A DNA stretch of 64,000 nucleotides from assembly GCA_030141605.1 (NCBI GenBank), contig JAQGDQ010000366.1:56618-120617 (forward strand), given 5' to 3'. Below the pieces are notes generated by a model. It saw only the letters and a list, made by a program, of their open reading frames with translations, searched no databases and had not been told where the DNA came from. Source of the stretch: Tubiluchus corallicola (Eukaryota > Animalia > Priapulida). Below are positions 37,530 through 51,608 of the stretch, in pieces (positions within the stretch are counted from its first letter, which is position 1; each line of letters begins with the position of its first letter). The translations under genes were made by a program, and so were the position numbers.

Positions 37530-38700
37530 GATCATTTGTCCATCAGTTATGTTTGTGGAAGTCATGTTGTTCATCAGTTATGTTTGTTCAAGTCATATTG
37601 TCCATCAGTTATGTTTCTGGAAGTCATGTTGTCCATCAGTTATGTTTCTGGAAGTCATGTTGTTCATCAGTTATGTTTGTTCAAGTCATATTGTCCATCA
37701 GTTATGTTTCTGGAAGTCATGTTGTCCATCAGTTATGTTTCTGGAAGTCATGTTGTCCATCAGTTATGCTTATTCAAGTCGTATTGTCCATCAGTTATGT
37801 TTCTGGAAGTCATGTTGTCCATCAGTTATGTTTCTGGAAGTCATGTTGTCCATCAGTTATGCTTATTCAAGTCGTATTGTCCATCAGTTATGTTTATGGA
37901 AGTCATGTTGTCCATCAGTTATGTTTATGGAAGTCATGTTGTCCATCAGTTATGTTTGTTCAAGTCATATTGTCCATCAGTTATGTTTATGGAAGTCATG
38001 TTGTCCATCAGTTATGTTTATGGAAGTCATGTTGTCCATCAGTTATGTTTATGGGAATCATATTGTCCATCAGTTATGTTTCTGGAAGTCATGTTGTTCA
38101 TCAGTTATGTTTCTGGAAGTCATGTTGTTCATCAGTTATGTTTCTGGAAGTCATGTTGTTCATCAGTTATGTTTGTTCAAGTCATATTGTCCATCAGTTA
38201 TGTTTCTGGAAGTCATGTTGTCCATCAGTTATGTTTATGGAAGTCATGTTGTTCATCAGTTATGTTTATGGAAGTCATGTTGTTCATCAGTTATGTTTAT
38301 GGAAGTCATGTTGTTCATCAGTTATGCTTATTCAAGTCGTATTGTCCATCAGTTATGTTTGTTCAAGTCATATTGTCCATCAGTTATGTTTCTGGAAGTC
38401 ATGTTGTTCATCAGTTATGTTTATGGAAGTCATGTTGTCCATCACTTATGTTTATGGGAATCATATTGTCCATCAGTTATGTTTCTGGAAGTCATGTTGT
38501 CCATCAGTTATGCTTATTCAAGTCGTATTGTCCATCAGTTATGTTTCTGGAAGTCATGTTGTCCATCAGTTATGCTTATTCAAGTCGTATTGTCCATCAG
38601 TTATGTTTCTGGAAGTCATGTTGTCCATCACTTATGTCTATGGAAATCCTATTGTCCATCAGTTATGTTTATTGACATTGTGTTGTCCATCGTTATGTTT
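37530..38700. repeat. Minisatellite, 31 bp unit, ~37 copies
   Basis: Unit tcatgttgtccatcagttatgtttctggaag with recurring variants. Confidence 0.97.
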
Positions 38701-38942
38701 CTGTTTCTACACTAATACATCTTTTTCTGTTTTTTAATGATGCAGTGTTCATGTTTTCTTACAAATTTTGCCAATACGAGCTGCTGTATTGCAAGGAATT
38801 CAAGTGGTTCTCTGTTACTAATTGCATTAACCAAGTCTGCCTGCTGCAAATAATTGAATTGTATGTTTCACTGCTACAACGTGAACAACAGTGCAAAAAC
38901 TGGTAATATCCAATAATCCATTTTCTTACTTGTGAGATTATA

Positions 38943-39610
38943 GACCAATTACATACTAAGTTACATCATTACAGCATTATTCATTGTCACTGTTAGCAAA
39001 GTTAAGCAAAGTCTGACATCGTTAGTGACCGGATGGTGACCAATTACATACTAAGTTACATCATTACATCATTATTCATCGTCACTGTTAACAAAGTTAA
39101 GCAAAGTCTGACATCGTTAGTGACTGGATGGTGACCAATTACATACTAAGTTACATCATTACATCATTATTCATCGTCACTGTTAGCAAAGTTAAGCAAA
39201 GTCTGACATCGTTAGTGACTGGATGGTGACCAATTACATACTAAGTTACATCATTACAGCATTATTCATCGTCACTGTTAACAAAGTTAAGCAAAGTCTG
39301 ACATCGTTAGTGACTGGATGGTGACCAATTACATACTAAGTTACATCATTACATCATTATTCATCGTCACTGTTAGCAAAGTTAAGCAAAGTCTGACATC
39401 GTTAGTGACTGGATGGTGACCAATTACATACTAAGTTACATCATTACATCATTATTCATCGTCACTGTTAGCAAAGTTAAGCAAAGTCTGACATCGTTAG
39501 TGACCGGATGGTGACCAATTACATACTAAGTTGCCTCGTTACAGCATTATTCATCGTCACTGTTAGCAAAGTTAAGCAAAGTCTGACATCGTTAGTGACT
39601 GGATGGTGAT
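38943..39610. repeat. Tandem repeat, 95 bp unit, 7 copies
   Basis: Unit gaccaattacatactaagttacatc...gttagtgactggatggt. Confidence 0.95.
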
Positions 39611-39683
39611 CACTAGGAAGACTGCTGCCGCTGTTTCTTGTTGCTTGAATAATAATTAATGTTTTCTCTGCTTTATTTTCTAG

Positions 39684-39815
39684 TATCCCTGTCTGTTTGC
39701 TTTAAACTTGGCCGTGCCAGAGGATAAGTTACCGAATGCGGAGAAATACTGTGCCAAACCGGAAACTGAGAACAGCGATCTACTCAGAGACGAAGTCGAC
39801 GTCTCGCGAACGCAG
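39684..39815 (+). CDS. Adenylate kinase-like protein, exon 4
   Basis: ttttctag acceptor, 132 nt, cag|gtaac donor; YPCLFALNLAVPEDKLPNAEKYCAKPETENSDLLRDEVDVSRTQ (LID-equivalent region). Confidence 0.85.
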
Positions 39816-39996
39816 GTAACGTACTTTATACATGCTTTAGAAATTTTCAACATTAAGATGAACATATATATGTGCATGTATTGCTCATAGTCCTTACGTT
39901 ATACTGGGTGACACAGAAAAAATGTGCTGAAATTTAGACTGTAATAATATTAGATGCAAGTTTAAATTCACGGCATGATATTACATTGTACATTAA

Positions 39997-40735
39997 AGGG
40001 CAAGAAAAGGGGTGCCTGAAGTAGGTTTCTTTTACTTTAGTACTTAAAGTAAATTTTTTATTGCTTACCTCAGTAAAAACGTGAATTCTACAGGAATCTA
40101 GGACAAGAAAAGAGGTACCTGAAGTAGGTTTGAGAAAAATCTCATTAAAATGGAATTTCTGTTTGTTTTAATTTAAATGAATGCAATCTGTTCCGATGGC
40201 ACCATTACATGGCGTCATATACGCAAACGTAAATCAGGGAAAGAAAGTGAAATGTTAAATTATGTCCCTAAAAACTTTCCATGCAAAGTTATATTACTTA
40301 GCATTTCGCTTACCTGCTGGAAAGACTTATGTAACTAGACTAATAATTTAAAATGTACGTGTCAATTGCTAAAATGTCGTTGATTCACCCTCCAGGGTGC
40401 ACCACTCACTAACCATAAACGTATTTTTTTCTAATTGACGAGATACAGTAATTTAAAATTTTACTTAGTCAGTGACCTATGCACTATATATTCTCTGATT
40501 ATTTTTTCAAACTTTACTCAGTGTTATCTAAACTTGTTTCAAATGGCTTATCGTCAAAATGGCTGCGTCTAACGGTCAAAATGATCTTGATTTAGTAACA
40601 CGTTTCCCTGTACAGCTTTAAGCACTTTAAAAGCCCATAAAGGTCAAATAAGTCAGTCGCCTTACACACCACAAACAGTTACCATCATAAAGTATCTCGT
40701 TTATATAAATGTCTGTAAGGGCAATATATGACTTA
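39997..40735 (+). mobile_element. T2-like MITE with duplicated 5' end and chimeric 3' extension
   Basis: ttaa|agggcaagaaaagggg at 39997, second start aggacaagaaaagagg at ~40100. Confidence 0.75.
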
Positions 40736-40974
40736 TAAACACACGACTATGAATATATGAAAAGTCAGGGATCTTTCTCTCACCGCCTGATTGGTACTAA
40801 TACAGTTGACAGTAAAAAAAATGATGTTTGATGTTTGAATTAATAAATTAATTACTTAATTAGTAACGTGTGCGCTACGAATGAATTATTTTTCTCAAAC
40901 TTCATGCATTGTTATCTAAGCTTGTTTAAAACGGCATCTTTAATTCTCAGCCAATAGGGTCCATTCAGACTGAA

Positions 40975-41652
40975 ATGCTTAATGGCACCCCTTACATTAG
41001 TGTTTAATGAATTTACAATCATTGACAGTCCTAAACAAACCTATTCCTGTTTCTGCATCTGGGCTTAATGGCACCCCTTACCTTAGTGTTTAATGAATTT
41101 ACAATCGTTGACAGTTCTAAACAAACCTATTCCTGTTTCTGCATCTGGGCTTAATGGCACCCCTTACCTTAGTGTTTAATGAATTTACAATCATTGACAG
41201 TCCTAAACAAACCTATTCCTGTTTCTGCATCTGGGCTTAATGGCACCCCATACCTTAGTGTTTAATGAATTTACAATCGTTGACAGTCCTAAACAAACCT
41301 ATTCCTGTTTCTGCATCTGGGCTTAATGGCACCCCTTACCTTAGTGTTTAATGAATTTACAATCATTGACAGTCCTAAACAAACCTACTCCTGTTTCTGC
41401 ATCTGGGCTGAATGGCACCCCTTACCTTAGTGTTTAATGAATTTACAATCATTGACAGTCCTAAACAAACCTATTCCTGTTTCTGCATCTGGGCTGAATG
41501 GCACCCCTTACCTTAGTGTTTGATGAATTTACAATCATTGACAGTCCTAAACAAACCTATTCCTGTTTCTGCATCTGGGCTGAATGGCACCCCCTTACCT
41601 TAGTGTTTAATGAATTTACAATCATTGACAGTCCTAAACAAACCTATTCCTG
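40975..41652. repeat. Tandem repeat, 86 bp unit, ~8 copies
   Basis: Unit aatggcaccccttaccttagtg...ctgcatctgggctt. Confidence 0.95.
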
Positions 41653-42572
41653 TACTAACTTTATATCCAGTACCTCATAGATTATTAGCAAAATAACCAC
41701 CAGGCTGTAGTTTAGTCACATTGTTCTTGATACCAAACATGATGATGATGTTCACTGTAACAAGGATTGCAACTATTCCAATAGTGAAGTGGCTGCATTA
41801 TTAACAATGTTTACTGCTGTAATAGGCTTCTTTATAAAATCGTTGTAAGCATTACTGCGTTTTCCAGTAATACCCGAGCACTTAGTTTTGCTTAGAGTCG
41901 TTTCTGAATGAGTTATCTCTAAGCTAGATAATGTGTACTGAGCACGCAGAGCAGTGAAACTTTAAAAACCTGGCAGTTATGGCGTGCCAGTTTCCATAAA
42001 TCTTTCAGTTCTACGACGAAATGAAACTGGAAGTTCTTTTCTCCTCCTCGTTTCTAAGACTTTTCGTGCGATTGTCGTAAATTCTCTTGAAAGTCGAACT
42101 CACCTCAAGGTCTCGTGGAAAAGGATCTGTCTTCCGTTTCGCGTTTATCGCGCAGAAAGTGGCGCGAGTGACCGCCCGCCGCCGTGGCATTTAACGAAAG
42201 AGAAATTGTTAATTTCCCCTCCTGCAGGGCATTTTCTCAAGTGCAAGTGGTTTCTTTTTTTGTACAGACGTAATCGTTGAGGCCAGATGTTCGTGAGGAA
42301 ATCAAATCACTTCAGTTTATCAAGATAAACGTTCTAAAAATGTGACGTTTAAAATTTTCTAAAAAGCAAGAACCAGTAACTCAGCATGTTGGATCTATTT
42401 TACTATTATTACGCAAAATTAGAAAAATAAAACACAGAATTTGCAAAGAACTGCCTATAAAGCATAAATTTGAAATATACTACCTCTGAATAGAAATCTT
42501 CAGGCGTGATGGTTGCTGCCATTCAGTTAATATTAATTATTTATAAATGATGCGTCAAAAAAACGGCTTTAA

Positions 42573-43690
42573 ACGGCAAGAAAAGAGGTACCTGAAGTTG
42601 GTCTCAGAAAAGTTGGCCTTAAAAAATTATATTACTTTATAGCAATTTTAAAAGAAATTTTAGTTTGTTTTCATTTTAAATCTCCCGCAATACTGTTCCG
42701 AAGTCGCCATTACATGACGTCACTACGTAAGCGTAAATCAGGGGAAGAAAAGGAAATGTTAAATTATGTCCTAAAAAATTTTTTCGCTAACCTGCTGGAA
42801 AGACTTCTGTAACTAGAAAAGAATTTTTTTTAATTATTTAAAATGTTTTCACCCATAGATAAAATGTCGCTGACTCACCCTCCAGGGTGCACCACTCACT
42901 AACCCAAAAACGTATTTTTAATCTTATTGACCAGATACAGTAATTTTAAATTTTATTTAGTTAGCGACGTGTGCGCTACGAATCCTCTGATGTTTTTCCA
43001 AACTTTACTCAATGTTATCTAAACCTGTTTCAAATGACCTGTCGTTAAAATGGCTGCGTCTAAAGATCATCGCGGGAGTTTAAACTTACATGTTTTATAC
43101 AGCGTGACTGTCGATTGAAGTCCTGCGTGCAAAAAGGCTGTACGCAAGTGATATAAAATTTCAAGGCGAGTTTTTTAACCTTATAAGTTTATAAGTTTAT
43201 TTATTTCCACTCTGCATCTAACAGTTATGATAAAAATACAGATAATTTCACTGAAGTAATTATAAATATAAATGCAATATTATCCAGAAATTACAAAAGA
43301 GATTCTTATGCAGCATATACACGTGCAAATTACATTACAGAAGAATTTTGATGCATACAGTTTCAGCCTAAAAGCATAGCTTGACAGGCCAAACTGTACG
43401 TGGAAATCTTAAAGAAGTGATTAATAATTGAAATTAAGATAATATATACATAAAAGTGTGGGGGGAGTAGTGAATGAAAGATGAAATGGAGCGAGAACTA
43501 AGAAAAACTGCGGTGTAGGGGGAGTAGTGAATGAAAGATGAAATGGAGCGAGAACTAAGAAAAACTGCGGTGTAGGGGGAGTAGTGAATGAAAGATGAAA
43601 TGGAGCGAGAACTAAGAAAAACTGTGATCATGATTATAAAGTGTTCAGTAACCTGTTGAAGTTTATGTTTATGAAGGGTTTTCTTGTGCT
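42573..43690 (+). mobile_element. T2-like MITE with nested antisense LINE 3'-end insert (~43185-43660, includes 3 x 57 bp repeat)
   Basis: ttaa at both ends (42569-42572, 43691-43694); aagtttat flanks the insert. Confidence 0.7.
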
Positions 43691-44242
43691 TTAACAGCCA
43701 GTTATCACTCTGCTTGCTTTCATTCCTGTGTAATTTCTACTGTAATGTTTTTATGTTAATACGTATAAGCATATTAGGGTAAAATGGAACACTGCTTATA
43801 GAAAAATATTTGATTTTAGACAAAATGAAAGCGTCAAATTGTTAATGTATTTCTCTGGCACAATGCCTGCGAATTATTTAATAGATAGTCGAAAATTAAA
43901 CTTTGTGAGAAAAATTGCAAAGTCTTGTAAATTGAGAATTCCAAAGCTATGCTACTATGTAAATAACAGTCAAGTAAATTTAAGATTCGAATATGGTTGT
44001 ACTGTAGATCTAAATGAAAATGTAAAATTAAAGGTTAAGAACTCATTTAAAGATTATATTTTAAGATATCTATTATAGCTCCTTTACAACACTGTATAAT
44101 GTAATATAATTACAAGGGAACTACAATGTGTGGTTATTATAAAGTTGAATGTCTGTAGATATGTTACTTTACTAACATCGCATTACCTGTTTTACTAACA
44201 TCTTTATCTTTGTAAACTGTATATTTTTATACGAAATAAACT

Positions 44243-44275
44243 CATAATAATAATAATAATGGTATTAATAATAAC

Positions 44276-44360
<85 letters not shown>

Positions 44361-44377
44361 GCAGCAGCAGCAGCAGC

Positions 44378-44408
<31 letters not shown>

Positions 44409-44480
44409 GCAGCAGCAGCAGGAACAACAACAACAACAACAACAGCAACAGCAACAACAACAATAATAATGATAATCATA
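44243..44480. repeat. Compound (TAA)n/(CAG)n/(CAA)n microsatellite
   Basis: Direct reading. Confidence 0.95.
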
Positions 44481-44922
44481 ATGTTTAATTCCTGTTTAAT
44501 TTCTACTGTAATGGAGTTTTGAAGCTATAAATTTTTATATTAATACGCATAAGCATGTTACGCGAAAAGCTGATTAAAAATGCACTGTTGACACTTCATT
44601 TGCTTTGAGAAAAGCATCAAGTAACATTACGCAGCAGCCGTGTTGTTGATAATAGCATCACACCATTAAATACCATCAAGTCTTCCATTAGACCATGTCA
44701 AAATCTTCCAAGCTGAAGCCTCGTTGATCCTATGTAAAACCTTGTTATTATCTCGTGTCGAAGAAATCCGCTAATGTCAGCTTGTGTCTCGACGCAATTT
44801 GAATAATTTAGACGTGAAATTGATTTCCTGTTGACGGTGCGACGTCATCCCGAGTGCGTTCGTTAGCTCCGTTTTTCCGTGAAACGAGTAAAAATTCTCT
44901 CAAGTTGACATTCGACTGTATA

Positions 44923-47543
44923 GTGGTGCTGTTCGTAGTATAGCTAGCGTTTAGAAAGAATAGAAAGGGCAGTTCACACTGTGGTGCTGTTCGTAGTATA
45001 GCTAGCGCTTAGAAAGAATAGAAAGGGCAGTTCACACTGTGGTGCTGTTCGTAGTACAGCTAGCACTTAGAAAAAATAGAAAGGGCAGTTCACACTGTGG
45101 TGCTGTTCGTAGTACAGCTAGCACTTAGAAAAAATAGATAGGGCAGTTCACACTGTGGTGCTGTTCGTAGTACAGCTAGCGTTTAGAAAGAATAGAAAGG
45201 GCAGTTCACACTGTGGTGTTGTTCGTAGTACAGATAGTGCTTAGAAAGAATAGAAAGGGCAGTTCACACTGTGGTGCTGTTCGTAGTACAGCTAACGTTT
45301 AGAAAGAATAGAAAGGGCCGTTCACACTGTGGTGCTGTTCGTACTATAGCTAGCGTTTAGAAAGAATAGAAAGGGCAGTTCACACTGTGGTGCTGTTCGT
45401 AGTACAGCTAACGCTTAGAAAGAATAGAAAGGGCAGTTCACACTGTGGTGCTGTTCGTAGTACAGCTAGCGTTTAGAAATAATAGAAAGGGCAGTTCACA
45501 CTGTGGTGCTGTTCGTAGTACAGCTAGCGTTTAGAAAGAATAGAAAGGGCAGTTCACACTGTGGTGCTGTTCGTAGTACAGCTAGCGCTTAGAAAGAATA
45601 GAAAGGGCAGTTGACACTGTGGTGCTGTTCGTAGTACAGCTAGCGCTTAGAAAGAATAGAAAGGGCAGTTCACACTGTGGTGCTGTTCGTAGTACAGCTA
45701 GCACTTAGAAAAAATAGAAAGGGCAGTTCACACTGTGGTGCTGTTCGTAGTACAGCTAGCACTTAGAAAAAATAGAAAGGGCAGTTCACACTGTGGTGCT
45801 GTTCGTAGTACAGCTAGCGTTTAGAAAGAATAGAAAGGGCAGTTCACACTGTGGTGTTGTTCGTAGTACAGATAGCGCTTAGAAAGAATAGAAAGGGCAG
45901 TTCACACTGTGGTGCTGTTCGTAATACAGATAGTGCTTAGAAAGAATAGAAAGGGTAGTTCACACTGTGGTGCTGTTCGTAGTGCAGCTAGCGTTTAGAA
46001 AGGATAGAAAGGGCAGTTCACACTGTGGTGCTGTTCGTAGTACAGCTAGCGCTTAGAAAGAATAGAAAGGGCAGTTCACACTGTGGTGCTGTTCGTAGTA
46101 CAGCTAGCGTTTAGAAAGAATAGAAAGGGCAGTTCACACTGTGGTGCTGTTCGTAGTACAGATAGCGCTTAGAAAGAATAGAAAGGGCAGTTCACACTGT
46201 GGTGCTGTTCGTAGTACAGATAGTGCTTAGAAAGAATAGAAAGGGCAGTTCACACTGTGGTGCTGTTCGTAGTACAGCTAGCACTTAGAAAAAATAGAAA
46301 GGGCAGTTCACACTGTGGTGCTGTTCGTAGTACAGCTAGCGTTTAGAAAGAATAGAAAGGGCAGTTCACACAGTGGTGTTGTTCGTAGTACAGATAGTGC
46401 TTAGAAAGAATAGAAAGGGCAGTTCACACTGTGGTGCTGTTCGTAATACAGATAGTGCTTAGAAAGAATAGAAAGGGCAGTTCACACTGTGGTGCTGTTC
46501 GTAGTACAGCTAGCGCTTAGAAAGAATAGAAAGGGCAGTTCACACTGTGGTGCTGTTCGTAGTACAGCTAGCGCTTAGAAAGAATAGAAAGGGCAGTTCA
46601 CACTGTGGTGCTGTTCGTAGTACAGCTAGCGTTTAGAAAGAATAGAAAGGGCAGTTCACACTGTGGTGCTGTTCGTAGTATAGCTAGCGCTTAGAAATAA
46701 TAGAAAGGGCAGTTGACACTGTGGTGCTGTTCGTAGTACAGCTAGCGCTTAGAAAGAATAGAAAGGGCAGTTCACACTGTGGTGCTGTTCGTAGTACAGC
46801 TAGCGTTTAGAAAGAATAGAAAGGGCCGTTCACACTGTGTTGCTGTTCGTAGTATAGCTAGCGCTTAGAAATAATAGAAAGGGCAGTTCACACTGTGGTG
46901 CTGTTCGTAGTACAGCTAGCGCTTAGAAAGAATAGAAAGGGCAGTTCACACTGTGGTGCTGTTCGTAGTACAGCTAGCGTTTAGAAAGAATAGAAAGGGC
47001 AGTTCACACTGTGGTGCTGTTCGTAGTACAGCTAGCGCTTAGAAAGAATAGAAAGGGCAGTTCACACTGTGGTGCTGTTCATAGTACAGCTGGCGCTTAG
47101 AAAGAATAGAAAGGGCAGCTCACACTGTGGTGCTGTTCGTAGTACAGCTAGCGCTTAGAAAGAATAGAAAGGGCAGCTCACACTGTGGTGCTGTTCGTAG
47201 TACAGCTAGCGTTTAGAAAGAATAGAAAGGGCAGTTCACACTGTGGTACTGTTCGTAGTACAGCTAGCGTTTAGAAAGAATAGAAAGGGCAGTTCACACT
47301 GTGGTGCTGTTCGTAGTACAGCTAGCGTTTAGAAAGAATAGAAAGGGCAGTTCACACTGTGGTGTTGTTCGTAGTACAGCTAGCGCTTAGAAAGAATAGA
47401 AAGGGCCGTTCACACTGTGGTGCTGTTCGTAGTACAGCTAGCGTTTAGAAAGAATAGAAAGGGCAGTTCACACTGTGGTGCTGTTCATAGTACAGCTAGC
47501 GCTTAGAAAGAATAGAAAGGGCAGTTCACACTGTGGTTCACAC
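44923..47543. repeat. Minisatellite, 58 bp unit, ~45 copies
   Basis: Unit gtggtgctgttcgtagtacagctagcgcttagaaagaatagaaagggcagttcacact. Confidence 0.97.
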
Positions 47544-48311
47544 TGATTTATTTTCAAATTATTTGCATGTACAGCAGTATTCGTGGGGTTTAATACGATA
47601 TGAGTACACCAACCTAGGGAAGGCGTAGTGCTTGTGGCGCCGGGGGAGGGGGGTGGCACTTCTGGCGTCCTACCCCTTTTAATGTTTTGATCATTTGTTC
47701 CACGGGTGGAGCCACAGATTGGTTAGAGCAACTGATGATGATCGTGAAAAGGTCAAAGGTTAAGTGTACCAGACGACGCATTTGTGTACACTTGACAACG
47801 CCTCGCAGCAAATGCTATTGTAATAGTAACAGCTTTAACAGCTAGCTAGAACATTACCTAGTTCACTTTTTCTTCTTCTCCAGCAAGGTTCTGCTGGTAA
47901 ATCACTCTGTCCATAGACTAATGCATAATTAAGTAAAGTTCACGTAAAACAGCTGAAGTTATTGAACTGACGCGACTGACGGCTTTACTTTACGCGCATG
48001 TCAAGTAACGATTGTTGCTGTTGTGGTACACTTAACCTTTGACCTACAGCAACTGCACGCGAGCACAACAAAACTGTGAAAGGCTTATTGTCGCAGAAAA
48101 TCTTATTGAAATTCGGGTAGAAACAACGAAAACTGTGTAACTAATTAACGTGAAAAGACGTTGGCACATTTCTTTATGTTGTAATTGTTTCGTTTAGTCG
48201 TAAACTGCAGCGTTTTGTGAAATGACACCTCTTCGTGCACGGTTATGTGCGCCTTGCACAACTATGTAATTTTATTTCTTTAAGTAGCACGTGCTTGAAA
48301 GTTCATGTAGT

Positions 48312-48780
48312 TATCATCATCATTGTCATCATCACCATCGTCATCATCGTCCTCGTCAGCATCGTCGTCATCTTTGTCGTCATCGTCGTCATCATTGTTG
48401 TCATCATCATCATCACTATCATCATCATCAGCAGCAGCAGCAGCAGCAACATCATCATCATCATCTTCCTCATCATCATTATCATCATCACCAGCAACAT
48501 CATCATCATCATCATTATCGTCATCATCAGCAGCAACATCATCATCATCACCCTCATCATCATTATCATCATCATCATCACCAGCAACATCATCATCATC
48601 ATCATTATCATCATCACCTGCAACATCAGCAGCAGCAGCAACATCATCATCAGCAGCAGCAGCAACATCATCATCGTCATCATCATCAGCAACATCATCA
48701 TCATCATCATCATTATCATCATCAGCAACATCATCATCGTCATTATCATCATCACCAGCAACAACATCATCATCATCATA
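48312..48780. repeat. Compound (CAT)n/(CAG)n trinucleotide tract
   Basis: Direct reading; open in five frames. Confidence 0.95.
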
Positions 48781-49076
48781 TGCCCACAACGTATATTGGC
48801 AGGTTGAATTTTAAACTAGAAGAATTAGCCCTCTATGTTGCAATAATCCAGAAGAAACTAGTGGCTTGTCAGCACCGCTTCTGAAATTAGTCGATATTGA
48901 TTGGACTTAACTATCCAAGGGTGGTTTCCAGTTCAGCAGAAGTAGAATGACTGTCACACAGCAGGGAGGTTGACGAGATGATTGGGTTCCGCCATATCAA
49001 ATTGCCATCGTTCATGTTTTTTATTCATTAGAGAGAGAGAACAGATTTGTCTTCGTTTGCTGGTAAAAGTCATTAA

Positions 49077-50017
49077 TAAAATAAACCCAAGATGACTTGT
49101 CTTTTAACTGATAACAGTAAAATAAACACAACATGACTTGTCCTTTAACTGATAACAGTAAAATAAACCCAACATGACTTGTCTTTTAACTGATAACAGT
49201 AAAATAAACCCAATATGCCTTGTCCTTTAACTGATAACAGTAAAATAAACCCAACATGACTTGTCTTTTAACTGATAACAGTAAAATAAACCCAATATGC
49301 CTTGTCCTTTAACTGATAACAGTAAAATAAACCCTACATGACTTGTCTTTTAACTGATAACAGTAAAATAAACCCAACATGACTTGTCCTTTAACTGATA
49401 ACAGTAAAATAAACCCAACATGACTTGTCTTTTAACTGATAACAGTAAAATAAATCCAACGTGTCTTGTCCTTTAACTGATAACAGTAAAATAAACCCAA
49501 TATGCCTTGTTCTTTAACTGATAACAGTAAAATAAACCCAACATGACTTGTCTTTTAACTGATAACAGTAAAATAAACCCAACATGACTTGTCTTTTAAC
49601 TGATAACAGTAAAATAAACCCAATATGCCTTGTCCTTTAACTGATAACAGTAAAATAAACCCTACATGACTTGTCTTTTAACTGATAACAGTAAAATAAA
49701 CCCAACATGACTTGTCCTTTAACTGATAACAGTAAAATAAACCCAACATGACTTGTCTTTTAACTGATAACAGTAAAATAAATCCAACGTGTCTTGTCCT
49801 TTAACTGATAACAGTAAAATAAACCCAATATGCCTTGTTCTTTAACTGATAACAGTAAAATAAACCCAACATGACTTGTCTTTTAACTGATAACAGTAAA
49901 ATAAACCCAACATGACTTCTCCTTTAACTGATAACAGTAAAATAAACCCAATATGACTTGTCCTTTAACTGATAGCAGTAAAATAAATCCAACGTGACTT
50001 GTCCTTTAACTGATAAC
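49077..50017. repeat. Minisatellite, 41 bp unit, ~23 copies
   Basis: Unit aaaataaacccaacatgacttgtcttttaactgataacagt. Confidence 0.95.
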
Positions 50018-50648
50018 CTGTGTGCTTTTTGTAAAGGAAGACCGAACGATTGTTTAAACTCAATCTCATTTTAATTTACTGTCCAAAATATGCGTTTTCT
50101 TGCCTATAAAAGTTAGCAATTGTTTCTTATATTTGAATAATTAGCTTAGAAAGTTAATTAACGGCAACCGAACACAGCCATTGCTTACATCAGAAACTAA
50201 CCACAGTTTGTGTAATGGCAGGCGTCTTCCTTTGTGCGTCAAGCACATTGGTATGGGTATTTCAGTACTGTTTAAATGCATGATGTCACGAAAAATGGGC
50301 TTTACATCATATGACGTCAGAAACTAACACTGCAGTTTGTGATGGTTATCATGGTACTGCCTATTTGTCGGCCGCGCGAATGTGACAAAAAGGCGCCCCC
50401 GCCAATCTTAGTAGATTCACTGAGCCGCGCGTAGCTTTGAAAGTTTAACAAAATTTGAGTATCCGAGGTTATTATTATTTAATCTAAGCTTTGATTTGAA
50501 ATAAGCTATTGTAATTTTCAATATTTTAGAGCATTCTCTACTCTCAACTCGTGTTTATGCAATCGTCCGAGTTTCCTTTAAAATCAGTCCTGAAAAATTG
50601 GATGAATTTTGCTTTAATTTTTTTTTTTTTTTAAATTTGTAATTGCAG

Positions 50649-50838
50649 AAGCGGCGGAGTCTGTACGAATTCAGTGTGCAGTCTTTTCTGGAGTACTTCC
50701 GTAGTACCGGAAGATTGGTTACCGTGGATACTTCGTGCGGCGTGGCTGACTTCATCTGGTTGAGGGTGGCGGAACTTTTTTCCGAACTCCACTTTTCTCA
50801 TATAGGGACTGTGAATACCGTCATAATATTTTGTTTTG
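50649..50838 (+). CDS. Adenylate kinase-like protein, exon 5
   Basis: ttgcag acceptor, 190 nt, phase-1 G|gtaag donor; KRRSLYEFSVQSFLEYFRSTGRLVTVDTSCGVADFIWLRVAELFSELHFSHIGTVNTVIIFCF matches the AK C-terminal pattern followed by strand 1 of a second domain. Confidence 0.88.
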
Positions 50839-50964
50839 GTAAGCTAACCTTTCATGATATCAAATTTTCGCAATCAACGTACATATGACTTTTCAACAAC
50901 TTACCCTCTAGGACAACAGTATAGTTATTTTTGCTCCCATCTATGTATATATTCGTATAAATAT

Positions 50965-51221
50965 ACTGTCGTAGCGAAAAGTTTAAGCCCACCTGTGATT
51001 ACGATGTGAATTTTGAGCTTTTTTGGTATTCAATACCATATATTTTCTCTCATGGTGGACAGATTCGTACACACGATGGTTCATTAGGAAGGTAATTGAA
51101 AATTGCAAATAAATGTTTGTGTTGCGCATGCGCAGGACTTACGAGATGAAGGCGTCATCAGTACGGTACGCTCAAAATCACGTCATAATCGCAGGTGGGT
51201 TTAAACTTTTGGCCACGACTG
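50965..51221. mobile_element. Tc1-like MITE, second copy
   Basis: Homologous to 31504-31842; ta flanks. Confidence 0.8.
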
Positions 51222-51608
51222 TATATATAACAGTATAGTTATTTGTTCCCATATATATATAACAGTATAGTTATTTGTTCCCATCTATATATGTGTGTAC
51301 TTTTCTGCTGTTGAAAAGTATTTTCACTACCAATATTTCGGCGCCTGGGTCATTAATTTCTGTTTTAGCCTAGCATCTGATTATCGGTACCTTTTTGACC
51401 TAAATATAGATGTTAAAATATAACTTTTTACCATACTTCAAATTAGGACAGGATGTGAGAAAATCGTCCCCTTTTCCTTTAATCCTAAAAAGTTGTTTAT
51501 GTAAATAATATGGAGGTTTAATTTGCATTGTAAAAACAGTGTGAGATTTTCAATTTAGTGTGAAAATTCAGTAGAAAGTGAGGTAAAGTTGAAGTATTTT
51601 ACTTGCAG

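Noticed and set aside
37521-38737. Three overlapping ~390 aa Cys-rich ORFs
   Set aside because: Same artefact from the 31-bp unit.
44204-44522. Poly-I/L/T ORFs
   Set aside because: Compound microsatellite.
44923-47543. CRISPR-like regular array (also considered for the other arrays)
   Set aside because: Units are contiguous with point variants and no unique spacers; no cas genes; eukaryotic context.
48235-48884. His/Gln-, Asp- or Ser-rich ORFs
   Set aside because: Trinucleotide microsatellite; exons 4 and 5 join seamlessly without it.
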